DNA of 49,704 nucleotides from a virus: IMG/VR virus record IMGVR_UViG_3300044463_000016. One strand, 5' to 3'. The notes below the pieces were generated by a model. It made no database searches, was not told the DNA's origin, and was given only the letters and a program-made list of their open reading frames with translations. Shown piece by piece: positions 1-8,777 of this stretch. Every line of letters begins with the position of its first letter. The first letter of the stretch is position 1. A program made the translations under genes and the position numbers.

Positions 1-82
1 CAGAAACGGCTCCATGTACCAAGATCTCCAGGTCTCGGGATGCGTGCCACGACACGCACACATGGAGCCGTTTGTGTTTTTA
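1..82 (+). promoter_or_regulatory. Nested stem-loop followed by a T-run (attenuator/terminator-like or structured RNA)
   Basis: Perfect 14-bp inverted repeat aaacggctccatgt (4-17) / acatggagccgttt (60-73). Inner 6-bp hairpin tgcgtg (41-46) / cacgca (53-58). Followed by gtgttttta (74-82). The same element is in the second overlap copy (49581-49659), about 80-90 nt downstream of the promoter-like site at 49465. Confidence 0.4.
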
Positions 83-127
83 ACCGGGGAGAGGATTTCG
101 TCTGATAATATTGGCCGATGTTTTATA
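1..127. repeat. Terminal overlap, copy 1 (identical to 49578-49704)
   Basis: Bases 1-127 (cagaaacggctccatgtacc ... ggccgatgttttata) recur exactly at 49578-49704. Sequence after 127 continues where the contig end stops. Confidence 0.95.
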
Positions 128-325
128 TTATGTCTCCCTAGAGATCCTCACTGTGAGCACCTTTCCGCGTCACCTACCAGTTCTAGTTTTTGTCACTTCT
201 GCCTGACCGCTTCATCGTGTAAACCTATTAATAATCAGAGAACTCAAGCTCTTAAAGCGGTGTATCAGCCTGGGCTGGCATGTGCATTCGTTAGCGCACC
301 ATTTTGTATTTTACAAGGAGCGCAC

Positions 326-754
326 ATGCACCTATCAATCCAGCAAGGGGGCCAATCTCTGTTTGAAGGTTTTAGCACAGTCACTGGTCAGATATCAAAC
401 GATCACGGCGACTTGAAAATCGGCGTTCAAATGCGCGACGGCCGGGGGGTCGTGCAGGTCGCTCTCAAGCTCTACCGAGATGAATTCATTCAGGTGGGCA
501 TTCTGCACCGGGCCAGCGTTCGAGCGAGCCTGGTGGAGATTGCGGAGCTGATCACATCCGGCGCTAGCTTTCGTCGGATACGGGAACGCATTCAACACTG
601 GCAGCGGTATTGGGAGCTGAACGACCAAGAGGTACTCGACTTTTTGAGTCAGGTGGATTCTCCGCTCGACGTACTGAAGCGCGAATTGGCGCTGCCTGCG
701 GAGCACAACAGGCCGGTGCTGTTTGGATTCCACAGTAAGGAACTCACTCGCTAA
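326..754 (+). CDS. Hypothetical early protein (142 aa)
   Basis: ORF 14-754 trimmed to ATG 326, which is preceded by aaggag (315-320). The upstream part lies in the AT-rich control region and the terminal overlap. No recognisable motif. Confidence 0.7.
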   Translation: MHLSIQQGGQSLFEGFSTVTGQISNDHGDLKIGVQMRDGRGVVQVALKLYRDEFIQVGILHRASVRASLVEIAELITSGASFRRIRERIQHWQRYWELNDQEVLDFLSQVDSPLDVLKRELALPAEHNRPVLFGFHSKELTR

Positions 755-763
755 ATCCAGCTC

Positions 764-1550
<787 letters not shown>

Positions 1551-1573
<23 letters not shown>

Positions 1574-2258
1574 CCAAGCTAAATTTGCAGAAGCCCTGAC
1601 GGTTTTAGCTCTGGCGCTCGGCGCGGAGATGGACGCCGATCGAATGAGGGTGTATGGCACGCTGCTGTTGCCTCACTTCTCAGTCGAGCAACTTGAGCAG
1701 GCCTGCTACGACTTCACGCGCGATCTGGGCCGGAAGTTTTTCCCTACCGTCCCAGAGTTTCACGAAAAACTGATCGGCAGCCCTGAGTCAAACGCAACGA
1801 AGGCAATCTTTGCTCTCGAACGCGCCATGAAGGATCGCGGGGCCTACGCCTCGGTGTCTTTCCAGGATGCTGCACTCACCAACGCAATCGTCTACGCAGG
1901 CGGCTGGATCGAAGTCTGCCGCATGTATCGAGACTTGGGAGACAAGGAGTTCGGGTACTGGCAGCACCGCTTTCGAGAGGTCTACATCGAGTCCGCCAAG
2001 GAACGCCGCACGCCGGCCTGTAAATACTTTGCTGGAATTTTCGAGCTCAACAACGTGAGTAACTCTGCAACTTGGGATCACGGACGGCTGCCAGAGCCGA
2101 AGGTTTCAGTTGTAGCGCTCAATGGGACGATCACCGACGTTCCGCTCGCCGAAATCGAGCCGAAAGCCGAGCTGGTCGGGCTTTACCGGAAATTCCTGGC
2201 AGCGCCACAAGAAGCGGAGAGCAGTGCCAATGCAAGTCCACGAACTCTTGAAGGGTAA
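1551..2258 (+). CDS. Hypothetical protein of the replication module (possible helicase-loader-type role)
   Basis: 235 aa. The ATG is preceded by gggagga and overlaps the upstream gene by 23 nt. The role is inferred only from position after DUF1376. Confidence 0.7.
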
Positions 2259-2535
2259 GCACTGCCCGCGGTGCAACATGGAATTTGAGGAGTGTCTCTG
2301 GGAAGAGCCAGGCGGGCCGCCAGATGCGGAGACGATCTCAGATCCCGGCTTCAGACTCCTGGTCGTCTGCGTCCAGTGCGCGACCATCCTGTGCTTGATC
2401 GTTAGCACCGGCGAGCTGCGCGTCTTGAACGCAGCTCAGATCGAGCAATGCCCACCCGACGTATTGCTCGCTGTTCGGGAGCGACAGCGCCAGGCTTACG
2501 TTTTGCGGGCTAGACAGATCGCGAGGAAAAACTGA
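2230..2535 (+). CDS. Small Cys-rich (zinc-ribbon-like) protein
   Basis: ORF 2122-2535 trimmed to ATG 2230 (MQVHELLKGKHCPRCN...CVQC). Its stop overlaps the next start (TGATG). Confidence 0.6.
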   Translation: MQVHELLKGKHCPRCNMEFEECLWEEPGGPPDAETISDPGFRLLVVCVQCATILCLIVSTGELRVLNAAQIEQCPPDVLLAVRERQRQAYVLRARQIARKN

Positions 2536-3185
2536 TGCGACCGAAGCTGCTTGATCTCTTCTGTGGCGCTGGAGGGGCTTCGATGGGATACCACAGAGCA
2601 GGATTCGACGTGGTTGGAATCGACATCAAGCCTCAGCCGCGCTACCCATTCCTCTTTATCCAGGCCGATGCGCTCAAGCCTCCGGTTGACCTGAAGGCGT
2701 TCGACGTGATCCATGCCAGCCCACCGTGCCAAGCGTATACGGCAGCGAATAACATTCACAAGCGAGAAGACCATCCAGACTTGATTGCTCAAACACGTGC
2801 ACTCTTGATTGAAAGCAGCCGACCGTTCGTGATTGAGAACGTGCCACTAGCTCCGCTTCGCTATCCAGTCACAGTCTGTGGATTAGCTCTCAAACTTGGA
2901 GTCAAGAGGCACCGCCTTTTTGAGTCAAATCAGATGCTTTTCGGTACTCAGTGCATCGGTCATGAAGGTGATTGGGTGACGGTCTTCGGCCACACTGTTC
3001 TTGAGCGCTCGCCGCAGATCGGACGTACTGCCAAGGATGGCCCTATCTTTCGCCGAAAGCACCTCGGCACAGAGCGCGGGAGGACAGCAATGAGAATCGC
3101 TTGGATGACAAGAGAGGAGCTGTCAGAAGCCATCCCGCCAGACTACACGGAGTTTATCGGGAGGCAGTTGCGGGAGCACTTATGA
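2535..3185 (+). CDS. DNA (cytosine-5) methyltransferase, compact form
   Basis: 216 aa with motif I DLFCGAGG, motif IV ASPPCQ and motif VI VIENV. Translationally coupled on both sides. Confidence 0.85.
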   Translation: MRPKLLDLFCGAGGASMGYHRAGFDVVGIDIKPQPRYPFLFIQADALKPPVDLKAFDVIHASPPCQAYTAANNIHKREDHPDLIAQTRALLIESSRPFVIENVPLAPLRYPVTVCGLALKLGVKRHRLFESNQMLFGTQCIGHEGDWVTVFGHTVLERSPQIGRTAKDGPIFRRKHLGTERGRTAMRIAWMTREELSEAIPPDYTEFIGRQLREHL

Positions 3186-3388
3186 CTTTCCGACCCTACC
3201 TGTGTTGGGCCGTCGAGAGAGCGCACGCGTTTCTCGGAAATGCCGATCCAGAGCGGGTTCCCCACCAGTTCTCAGAATGCGTGTGCGCGGAGCATCTCCC
3301 GCTAATCAACCGCTGCCGGCGCGATAAGGGACTCGAGGAGCTGATTGAGTTTCCAGACTCGTACCCGAGAGGAGGTGATGTCAGATGA
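3182..3388 (+). CDS. Hypothetical protein (68 aa)
   Basis: ORF 3101-3388 trimmed to ATG 3182, which forms an ATGA overlap with the methyltransferase stop. Confidence 0.55.
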   Translation: MTFRPYLCWAVERAHAFLGNADPERVPHQFSECVCAEHLPLINRCRRDKGLEELIEFPDSYPRGGDVR

Positions 3389-3684
3389 AACCTGAAAGAC
3401 CTGTTCCGTCCACCTGTCGCGGCTGCGGGAACTTGCTTGGGTGGGTGTACTCCACCAACCGCCCGAAAGATTTCCCCAACGTCCCGATTGATTGGGACAG
3501 CTTGTCCGGGCCCGAGCGGGTCGCGTTGAAAGAGGGCCAGCACGTTGATTTTCGGAAGGGGATGACGTCGCACTTCACGACGTGCCCGAAAGCAAATTTT
3601 TTCTCGAAGAAAGGAGGCAAGACCGATGCAGGAACCAGACGAGCTGGAAGTAAAGGCGAAGATTCTTCACTCCCTTTTGAATGA
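3385..3684 (+). CDS. Hypothetical Cys/His-containing protein (99 aa)
   Basis: ATGA overlap with the upstream stop. Contains CRGCG ... H..TC, a possible zinc site. Confidence 0.65.
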   Translation: MKPERPVPSTCRGCGNLLGWVYSTNRPKDFPNVPIDWDSLSGPERVALKEGQHVDFRKGMTSHFTTCPKANFFSKKGGKTDAGTRRAGSKGEDSSLPFE

Positions 3685-3961
3685 GATCGATAAGTTCAAC
3701 TTTTCAGCAATGGACGAAAAAGAGCGCCTGATGCACTGCTTGGACTACAGCCAACGTTTCCTGAAGATTGACGGTGAACTGATTCACCTCCTCACGGTAG
3801 AGGCATTGCCAGTGGTGAAAGCAATTCGGGTCTGGATTAACAAGGCAGCCATCGCGAAAGGAATGCCCGAGCAGTACCTACAATTTATGAATGGAATGAT
3901 CGACGACGTAGAGCGGCGCTATGTCACACAAAAACGAATCCTGCAGGCGTTCAATAATTGA
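3626..3961 (+). CDS. Hypothetical protein (111 aa)
   Basis: ATG preceded by aaaggagg. Helical-looking sequence with no motif. Confidence 0.7.
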   Translation: MQEPDELEVKAKILHSLLNEIDKFNFSAMDEKERLMHCLDYSQRFLKIDGELIHLLTVEALPVVKAIRVWINKAAIAKGMPEQYLQFMNGMIDDVERRYVTQKRILQAFNN

Positions 3962-4196
3962 CGCAAGCAACCACAACCACTGGTCCAGGTGCCCGTGGAT
4001 CGCTGTCGAGGGCGAGCATACGGCCCTTATCCAGATCATCACCGACCAAGATTTGTTTCTGTTCGGGATTGTAAGACAGGGTGGCATCACGGGAGACGAC
4101 CGCCAGCTCGCGAATCACCTCATCGAGCTTCATAACAAGACACTCACTCGGGAGGTCAAACATGCTGAGGACTCTAGTCGGAAGTCGGGCGCCTAG
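3921..4196 (+). CDS. Hypothetical protein (91 aa), start uncertain
   Basis: Fills the 200-nt gap between flanking + genes. Counting third positions by hand, this frame is clearly more G/C-rich than the antisense ORF 3951-4163. The SD is weak. Confidence 0.35.
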   Translation: MSHKNESCRRSIIDASNHNHWSRCPWIAVEGEHTALIQIITDQDLFLFGIVRQGGITGDDRQLANHLIELHNKTLTREVKHAEDSSRKSGA

Positions 4197-4497
4197 CGGG
4201 GAGCTTCGGGTTTGGCTGGATGGTCAGCGCTTGGAACCTGGGCCGTCGCTCGAACTGCGAAGTCATTCAGTAGCGGGATTTGGAGCGGGCTATCAAGGCA
4301 GCGGGTCGGCGCAGCTCGCGCTCGCCGTGCTTCTCGCTTGTGGGTGGTCGCCGGACGCAGCCGTGACCTTCTACCAGGACTTCAAAGTGGAATTGATTTC
4401 CAAGCTCGCAGGCAGAGAGTTTGTTCTGACGTTCGATCCCGAGGGCTGGCTGAAAAAAAAAATGGCCCAGGACGCCGATCCTGAGCCGAAAACCTAA
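4162..4497 (+). CDS. Small phage protein (DUF6166-like, from memory)
   Basis: ORF 4081-4497 trimmed to ATG 4162, preceded by ggagg (4151-4155). The GFGAGYQGSGSAQLALAVLLA segment resembles a small conserved phage family. Confidence 0.6.
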   Translation: MLRTLVGSRAPSGELRVWLDGQRLEPGPSLELRSHSVAGFGAGYQGSGSAQLALAVLLACGWSPDAAVTFYQDFKVELISKLAGREFVLTFDPEGWLKKKMAQDADPEPKT

Positions 4498-4519
4498 ACC
4501 AAAAAGGAGGTTACTTCAC

Positions 4520-5611
4520 ATGAACGCCGAAATCAATGAATTTCCTCAAGATCCCACGGCCGGCGCGGCAGAGGGGGAAATAGTAGACGACAACCTGACC
4601 GTCAACGCCCTGGCGCGGCAGGAAGCTGGGAGCGGCCTGGCTGTCATTAAGGCGAAAAACGAGATCATCAAAGCGCTGCGGGATCACTCGATCGCCATGA
4701 CCGACCCGCAGGACTGGACTTTGTTCAAGAAGCCCGAAGACCAGGGCGGGTTGATTACAGCCTTTCTCGACGACTCAGGCTGTCAGCGCATCGCTCCACT
4801 GTGGGGCATCGACGTCACGCCCGAGGGCAACCGCGATTCTTTCCACGTCGAGCAGCTCAACGTCGGAGACGATTACCTGATCACCATTAGCGGAGACGCC
4901 TTCTGTCACACCACGGGAGCCACCATTCGCGGGATTGAGGGCTGCCGCGGCTCTGACGAGGACTTTGTCAAGCACGTCACAGGGACTCGGAAACTTTCCT
5001 ACGTCCGCAAGGCAGCGTTTGCAAACCTCTCAGGCGGGTGCGTTCGCAAGATCACAGGGCTGTCCAGTCTGCCGCTGTCGGAGCTAGAGCGCGTTTGGAA
5101 GCCACTCGGCAAGAACTGGCAGCACTGCAACAAGGGCCGTGGTTTCGGCGCTGCAGAGAAGCGCTTTGGGACCGGAGAGACGGGCACAGAGCCGAAATGC
5201 CCGAAGTGCAACGGGCCTATGAAACTCATCAAGCCGAAGCCAGGCGCGACATGGCAAGCCTTCTGGGGGTGCGGCCAGGGGAAAGACAAGTGCAAAGGAT
5301 CTGTGCAGGACGCCGATTGGCAGAAGGCCGTTGCGGCGCGCAAAGCCGCAGAGCCAGATACAGAGGCGGTCGCAGCTCCCGCAGAGGAAGCGCAGCGCGA
5401 GCCCGGCGACGCGCCAGCCGAGCCGAACGGCAAGCCACCTGGCGACGATACTGAACAGGCCATCGGGAAAATGAAATACCGGCTGCAGCAGCGCATTGCC
5501 GGCAAGCCCTGGCAGAAAGAGATCCTCGCGATGGTACTCAAGGCAAAAACTCTCGACGACCTGGTCGACCTGGAGACGGTGATCATCGATCGAGAAAAAG
5601 GAGGTGCCTGA
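4520..5611 (+). CDS. Putative single-strand annealing / recombination protein with C-terminal C4 zinc ribbon
   Basis: 363 aa with a strong SD (aaaaggagg). The segment KCPKCNGPMKL...FWGCGQGKDKCKG resembles a topoisomerase-type zinc finger. It is directly coupled (TGATG) to the downstream nuclease. Confidence 0.4.
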   Translation: MNAEINEFPQDPTAGAAEGEIVDDNLTVNALARQEAGSGLAVIKAKNEIIKALRDHSIAMTDPQDWTLFKKPEDQGGLITAFLDDSGCQRIAPLWGIDVTPEGNRDSFHVEQLNVGDDYLITISGDAFCHTTGATIRGIEGCRGSDEDFVKHVTGTRKLSYVRKAAFANLSGGCVRKITGLSSLPLSELERVWKPLGKNWQHCNKGRGFGAAEKRFGTGETGTEPKCPKCNGPMKLIKPKPGATWQAFWGCGQGKDKCKGSVQDADWQKAVAARKAAEPDTEAVAAPAEEAQREPGDAPAEPNGKPPGDDTEQAIGKMKYRLQQRIAGKPWQKEILAMVLKAKTLDDLVDLETVIIDREKGGA

Positions 5612-6690
5612 TGACCACAGCAACCGCAGTCGAACCCGAGCAGCTCGCTAGCGCGATGGTGAAAGCCTGCGAGCGGTTCGTTGAAACCGTGGAGGGACGG
5701 CCCAAGAGCGAGGACTCGAAGCCGTACATTCAACCCAATGTGTGGGCGGGCCAGTTCTCGAGCTGTGCCCGAGAGATGACGCTCCGGATGACGAAGAGCC
5801 ACGAGCTACCGCCGTTCAAGCCTGAGCAGCTCGCACGGTTTCGCCGCGGGAAAGATCGGGCCCGCAATGTGAAATCGGACCTGGAACAAGCGGGGCGCGA
5901 CGCGAAACCCTCGTTTGAGTTGATCGGCGCGGAGGAGCGATTCGAGGTGCGCGAGAGCGACGTCGTTGTCATTACCGGAAAGGTGGACTGGAAAACCCGG
6001 TTCGCCATTCCTGGAACGCGGCCGATCCCGACCGAATACAAGAGCTGGTCGCCCTTCCTGACTGACAGGATTGAGCGCTTCGAAGATTTGTTCGAGAACC
6101 GGTGGACGAGGAAAGGAGCCTATCAGTTGCTCGCCTATATGTGGGCGATGGGCAGCGAAATCGGCTTCCTGGTTCTCGATCGGCCCGGGATCCCAAAGAT
6201 TCTGCCCGTCTCACTGTTCGCCAACGAAAACGCCAACCTGGCGCGCGTCGAGAAATTTCTCATCCTGGCCGCGACGGCCGTCAAGCACAAGAACGCGGGT
6301 ACGCTGCCCGGCTACATCCAGGACGTTGAGGTCTGCAAAGCCTGCGATTTCCTCGGATCCCACTGCCAGCCGCCGATGCTGGCCGGCGCCGGCGCGAAGA
6401 TGTTTACCGACGAGTTTCGAATGCACCACGTTCAACGCTACTGGGAGATCGTCGAAGCCGGCAAGGAGTACGCGAAGCTCTGGGACGTGATCAAAGAGGA
6501 CTTCCGCGGCGTGGAATACGGGCTCTGCAGCGAGACGCTGATCCAAGGCAAGTACGGCAAGAACACGACGGTTGTTGTACCTCCGGAGCACCAGGCCCTT
6601 TACGACTCATGGAAGAAAGTCGATCTGAAAGGCAAGTTCACTCTGAAGCTCACCCGGCTCGGAACGGCCAAGGAGGCGGACGAATCATGA
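5611..6690 (+). CDS. PD-(D/E)XK exonuclease, Cas4/RecB-like with Fe-S cysteine cluster
   Basis: 359 aa. Nuclease motifs are GKVDW, EYKSW and QLLAYMW. Cysteines are SSC(A) near the N-terminus plus CKACDFLGSHC near the C-terminus, the typical Cas4/AddB 4Fe-4S pattern. Confidence 0.75.
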   Translation: MTTATAVEPEQLASAMVKACERFVETVEGRPKSEDSKPYIQPNVWAGQFSSCAREMTLRMTKSHELPPFKPEQLARFRRGKDRARNVKSDLEQAGRDAKPSFELIGAEERFEVRESDVVVITGKVDWKTRFAIPGTRPIPTEYKSWSPFLTDRIERFEDLFENRWTRKGAYQLLAYMWAMGSEIGFLVLDRPGIPKILPVSLFANENANLARVEKFLILAATAVKHKNAGTLPGYIQDVEVCKACDFLGSHCQPPMLAGAGAKMFTDEFRMHHVQRYWEIVEAGKEYAKLWDVIKEDFRGVEYGLCSETLIQGKYGKNTTVVVPPEHQALYDSWKKVDLKGKFTLKLTRLGTAKEADES

Positions 6691-7133
6691 CGACAGCGAT
6701 CACAGTCAGGAAGAAGCCCGTCGTTGTTCAGGCTTCGCAATGGTTCAAGAACGGAGACCACCCACTCGACAAATGCGAAGTGATCAGGCCCAGCGATGGC
6801 GGGGAATCCTTTCTCAGCGAGGGGAATATCGTTCGCTATTTCCGATGGCCAGGGAGTTACGACTCGATGTGCGGCCATTGCGGGTTTGTGATGCGCGAGC
6901 ACGGTTGGATTGAGGCGAGTGTCTGCAAGACGCGCGGGGGCGTTTTCGTGTGCCCTGGCGACTGGATCATCACGGGAACGGAGGGCGAGATTTACCCGTG
7001 CCACGCAGAAGTTTTCAGCAAGGTTTACGAGCTCGCCGGCGACCTGCCGGGCGTGCCCTATGTTGAGCCCTACGTGCCAGAGACGAAGCAACCGAGAGGA
7101 GGTGATTCAGTTGACACAAAGAAAAACGCCTAA
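6687..7133 (+). CDS. Hypothetical conserved phage protein (148 aa)
   Basis: ORF 6609-7133 trimmed to ATG 6687 (ATGA overlap, aaggagg upstream). The PGDWIITGTEGEIYPC segment recalls a common uncharacterised phage family. Confidence 0.7.
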   Translation: MTTAITVRKKPVVVQASQWFKNGDHPLDKCEVIRPSDGGESFLSEGNIVRYFRWPGSYDSMCGHCGFVMREHGWIEASVCKTRGGVFVCPGDWIITGTEGEIYPCHAEVFSKVYELAGDLPGVPYVEPYVPETKQPRGGDSVDTKKNA

Positions 7134-7299
7134 CGAAAGGCTCGCCGAGGCGGTTTACGAAATGGGTATGGAGGAAGCCGAGAAGTTTTTCAATTTCATG
7201 AAAGCCTACGGCAACGCCAGCAAGAAAGAAAAGCCGAAGCCCGTGACGCGGGCAGCAGCGAAGGCAGCAACGACAGGAGGCAAGCCCGATGCCCAATGA
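7111..7299 (+). CDS. Small hypothetical protein (62 aa), TTG start proposed
   Basis: aggagg at 7097-7102 lies 8 nt upstream of TTG 7111. An alternative start is ATG 7162. Confidence 0.4.
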   Translation: MTQRKTPNERLAEAVYEMGMEEAEKFFNFMKAYGNASKKEKPKPVTRAAAKAATTGGKPDAQ

Positions 7300-7564
7300 A
7301 TTCCGATTCAAACCTGCCCGCATCGAGGAGATGGTTTACACCCTGGAGGCGACGCTCACTATCGGCCAATGGCGCAAGGTCCTCGAAACGATTGACAGGG
7401 CCGACCCGAGAGCTTCGGTCGCGTGGGACCTGCGCACCGAGATTAGCCAATTGATCAGGCAAGCAGGGAAAGAATTTCAAACTTCACTGGAGGAATTCGA
7501 TGGACGGGAATCGGGAGCCCCGAACGAAGCTCCCGAACACTTTCAACCGAGGATCACACGATGA
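7289..7564 (+). CDS. Hypothetical protein (91 aa)
   Basis: ATG preceded by acaggagg. Overlaps its neighbours by a few nt. Confidence 0.7.
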   Translation: MPNEFRFKPARIEEMVYTLEATLTIGQWRKVLETIDRADPRASVAWDLRTEISQLIRQAGKEFQTSLEEFDGRESGAPNEAPEHFQPRITR

Positions 7565-7965
7565 AATTCAGAGAGTACCTCTTGCTGGCAGCGTGCCTTT
7601 ACCTCATGGCGTTGGCTCTTTCCTTCGCGCAAGGCCCGCCACTGTTGAAGGCAGACTATCCGCTCCTCGTCTGGGATCACACCCAGCCCGCTGGAAGCAC
7701 TGCGAAAATTCTCTTCGACGTGGAGCGAGCAACAGATGTCCTGGCACCAGCCGTCCCTGCTTATGCCTCGATCGGTTGGACGGATCGCAAAAACTTTTTC
7801 GATTACTCGGCCGTGGCCGGCGCCAAGTATCTTTATCGCGTGGCAGCCTTCGAGGATTGCCGGGCCAATACCCGGTCGGCTAACTCGAACACGGCTGGTC
7901 CGTACACTGTTCCGACCGTCGTTGTCATTTCCGCCCCGACAACGATCACGATCAAAAGCCAATGA
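7561..7965 (+). CDS. Secreted early protein, FN3/Ig-like
   Basis: 134 aa. N-terminal signal-like segment MKFREYLLLAACLYLMALALSFAQG. The beta-rich remainder includes YLYRVAAF, a fibronectin-III-like strand. Confidence 0.65.
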   Translation: MKFREYLLLAACLYLMALALSFAQGPPLLKADYPLLVWDHTQPAGSTAKILFDVERATDVLAPAVPAYASIGWTDRKNFFDYSAVAGAKYLYRVAAFEDCRANTRSANSNTAGPYTVPTVVVISAPTTITIKSQ

Positions 7966-8564
7966 CGAATGCAAGCGCCGTGAGCCCCAACGTCTACGGA
8001 GGGATTGACCCGGGTGCGTCCGGAGGGATCGCCTACATTTCGGAAGACGGGACGCTCCTGAAGGCCAACAAGGCCGGCGAGACGGAAGCTGACACCGCTT
8101 CACTCTTGCTTTTTCCCGGCCTCGTCGAGGTCACGATCGAGAAGGTACATGTCATGCCAGCAGTCGATTGGAAGTCTAAGCCCTGCCCTGTTTGCGGCGG
8201 ACGGAAGACAATCCGCGGCGCGAACGCTCTCGGCTCGTTCATGCAGAACTACGGCTTCTTGCGCGGGCTCCTGGTCGGGATGAAGATCCGCTTTCAGGAA
8301 GTGCCTGCCCAGACCTGGCAGCGTTATATGCACTGTCTCACCCACGGGGATAAGAACATCTCGAAAGCCGCGGCGCAACGGCTGTTCCCAGAGGCAAAGA
8401 TCACCCATGCCACCGCGGACGCAATCCTCATCGCCGAGTTCGGCCGGCTGAAGGCACTCGGCAAACTTCCGCCTCCGATCAAGGTCGTTCGAGTGAGCAA
8501 GCCGGATCCGAATCAAATCCGGATCCCGATACTAGGGCAGGAAGGAGTTGATGACTTCACATGA
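7962..8564 (+). CDS. RuvC-like Holliday junction resolvase
   Basis: 200 aa. GIDPGASGG, TIEKV and HATADAILIAEFG match the RuvC-fold catalytic Asp/Glu/Asp pattern. There is an inserted CPVCGG knuckle. Confidence 0.75.
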   Translation: MTNASAVSPNVYGGIDPGASGGIAYISEDGTLLKANKAGETEADTASLLLFPGLVEVTIEKVHVMPAVDWKSKPCPVCGGRKTIRGANALGSFMQNYGFLRGLLVGMKIRFQEVPAQTWQRYMHCLTHGDKNISKAAAQRLFPEAKITHATADAILIAEFGRLKALGKLPPPIKVVRVSKPDPNQIRIPILGQEGVDDFT

Positions 8565-8776
8565 CATTCTTCGTCACAGTGGGACAGAAGTACCGCAACG
8601 ACGAAAAACACCCTTGCGGCTGGCATCCGGACGGGTTTGTGCGTGTCGAAGCGGCTGACATGAGCGAGGCTCGCGCCAAAGTGGTTTCCAGGGCGGGCGC
8701 CCAGTGGGCATTCGTCTACCCGGCTGAAAAGTTCAATTTCAGCTATCACCCTCTCGGCGAGCTGGAGGTGCTCTGA
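8561..8776 (+). CDS. Hypothetical protein (71 aa)
   Basis: ATGA-coupled to the resolvase gene. Confidence 0.6.
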   Translation: MTFFVTVGQKYRNDEKHPCGWHPDGFVRVEAADMSEARAKVVSRAGAQWAFVYPAEKFNFSYHPLGELEVL

Positions 8777-8777
8777 A

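Noticed and set aside
1-127. Reading the 127-bp end repeat as a biological direct terminal repeat (T7-like)
   Set aside because: An exact overlap of 127 nt, a common maximal assembler k-mer length, is the usual signature of a circular assembly path. It cannot be told apart from a real DTR without reads, so it is reported only as an overlap.
14-325. N-terminal 104 codons of ORF 14-754
   Set aside because: This stretch runs through the terminal overlap, the hairpin and an AT-rich region, with Cys/His/Pro-rich nonsense-like sequence. A good SD precedes the internal ATG 326.
3951-4163. 70-aa - strand ORF in the gap between + strand early genes (possible antisense or toxin-antitoxin-like gene)
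   Set aside because: My hand count of third-position G/C favours the + frame 3921-4196. There is no SD, and all surrounding genes are on the + strand.
4999-5802. 267-aa and other - strand ORFs (5084-5623, 5229-5438) opposite the annealase-like gene
   Set aside because: These are antisense shadows of a GC-rich coding region. They are Arg/Ser/Ala/Pro-rich with no SD. The + strand gene has a strong SD and clear motifs.
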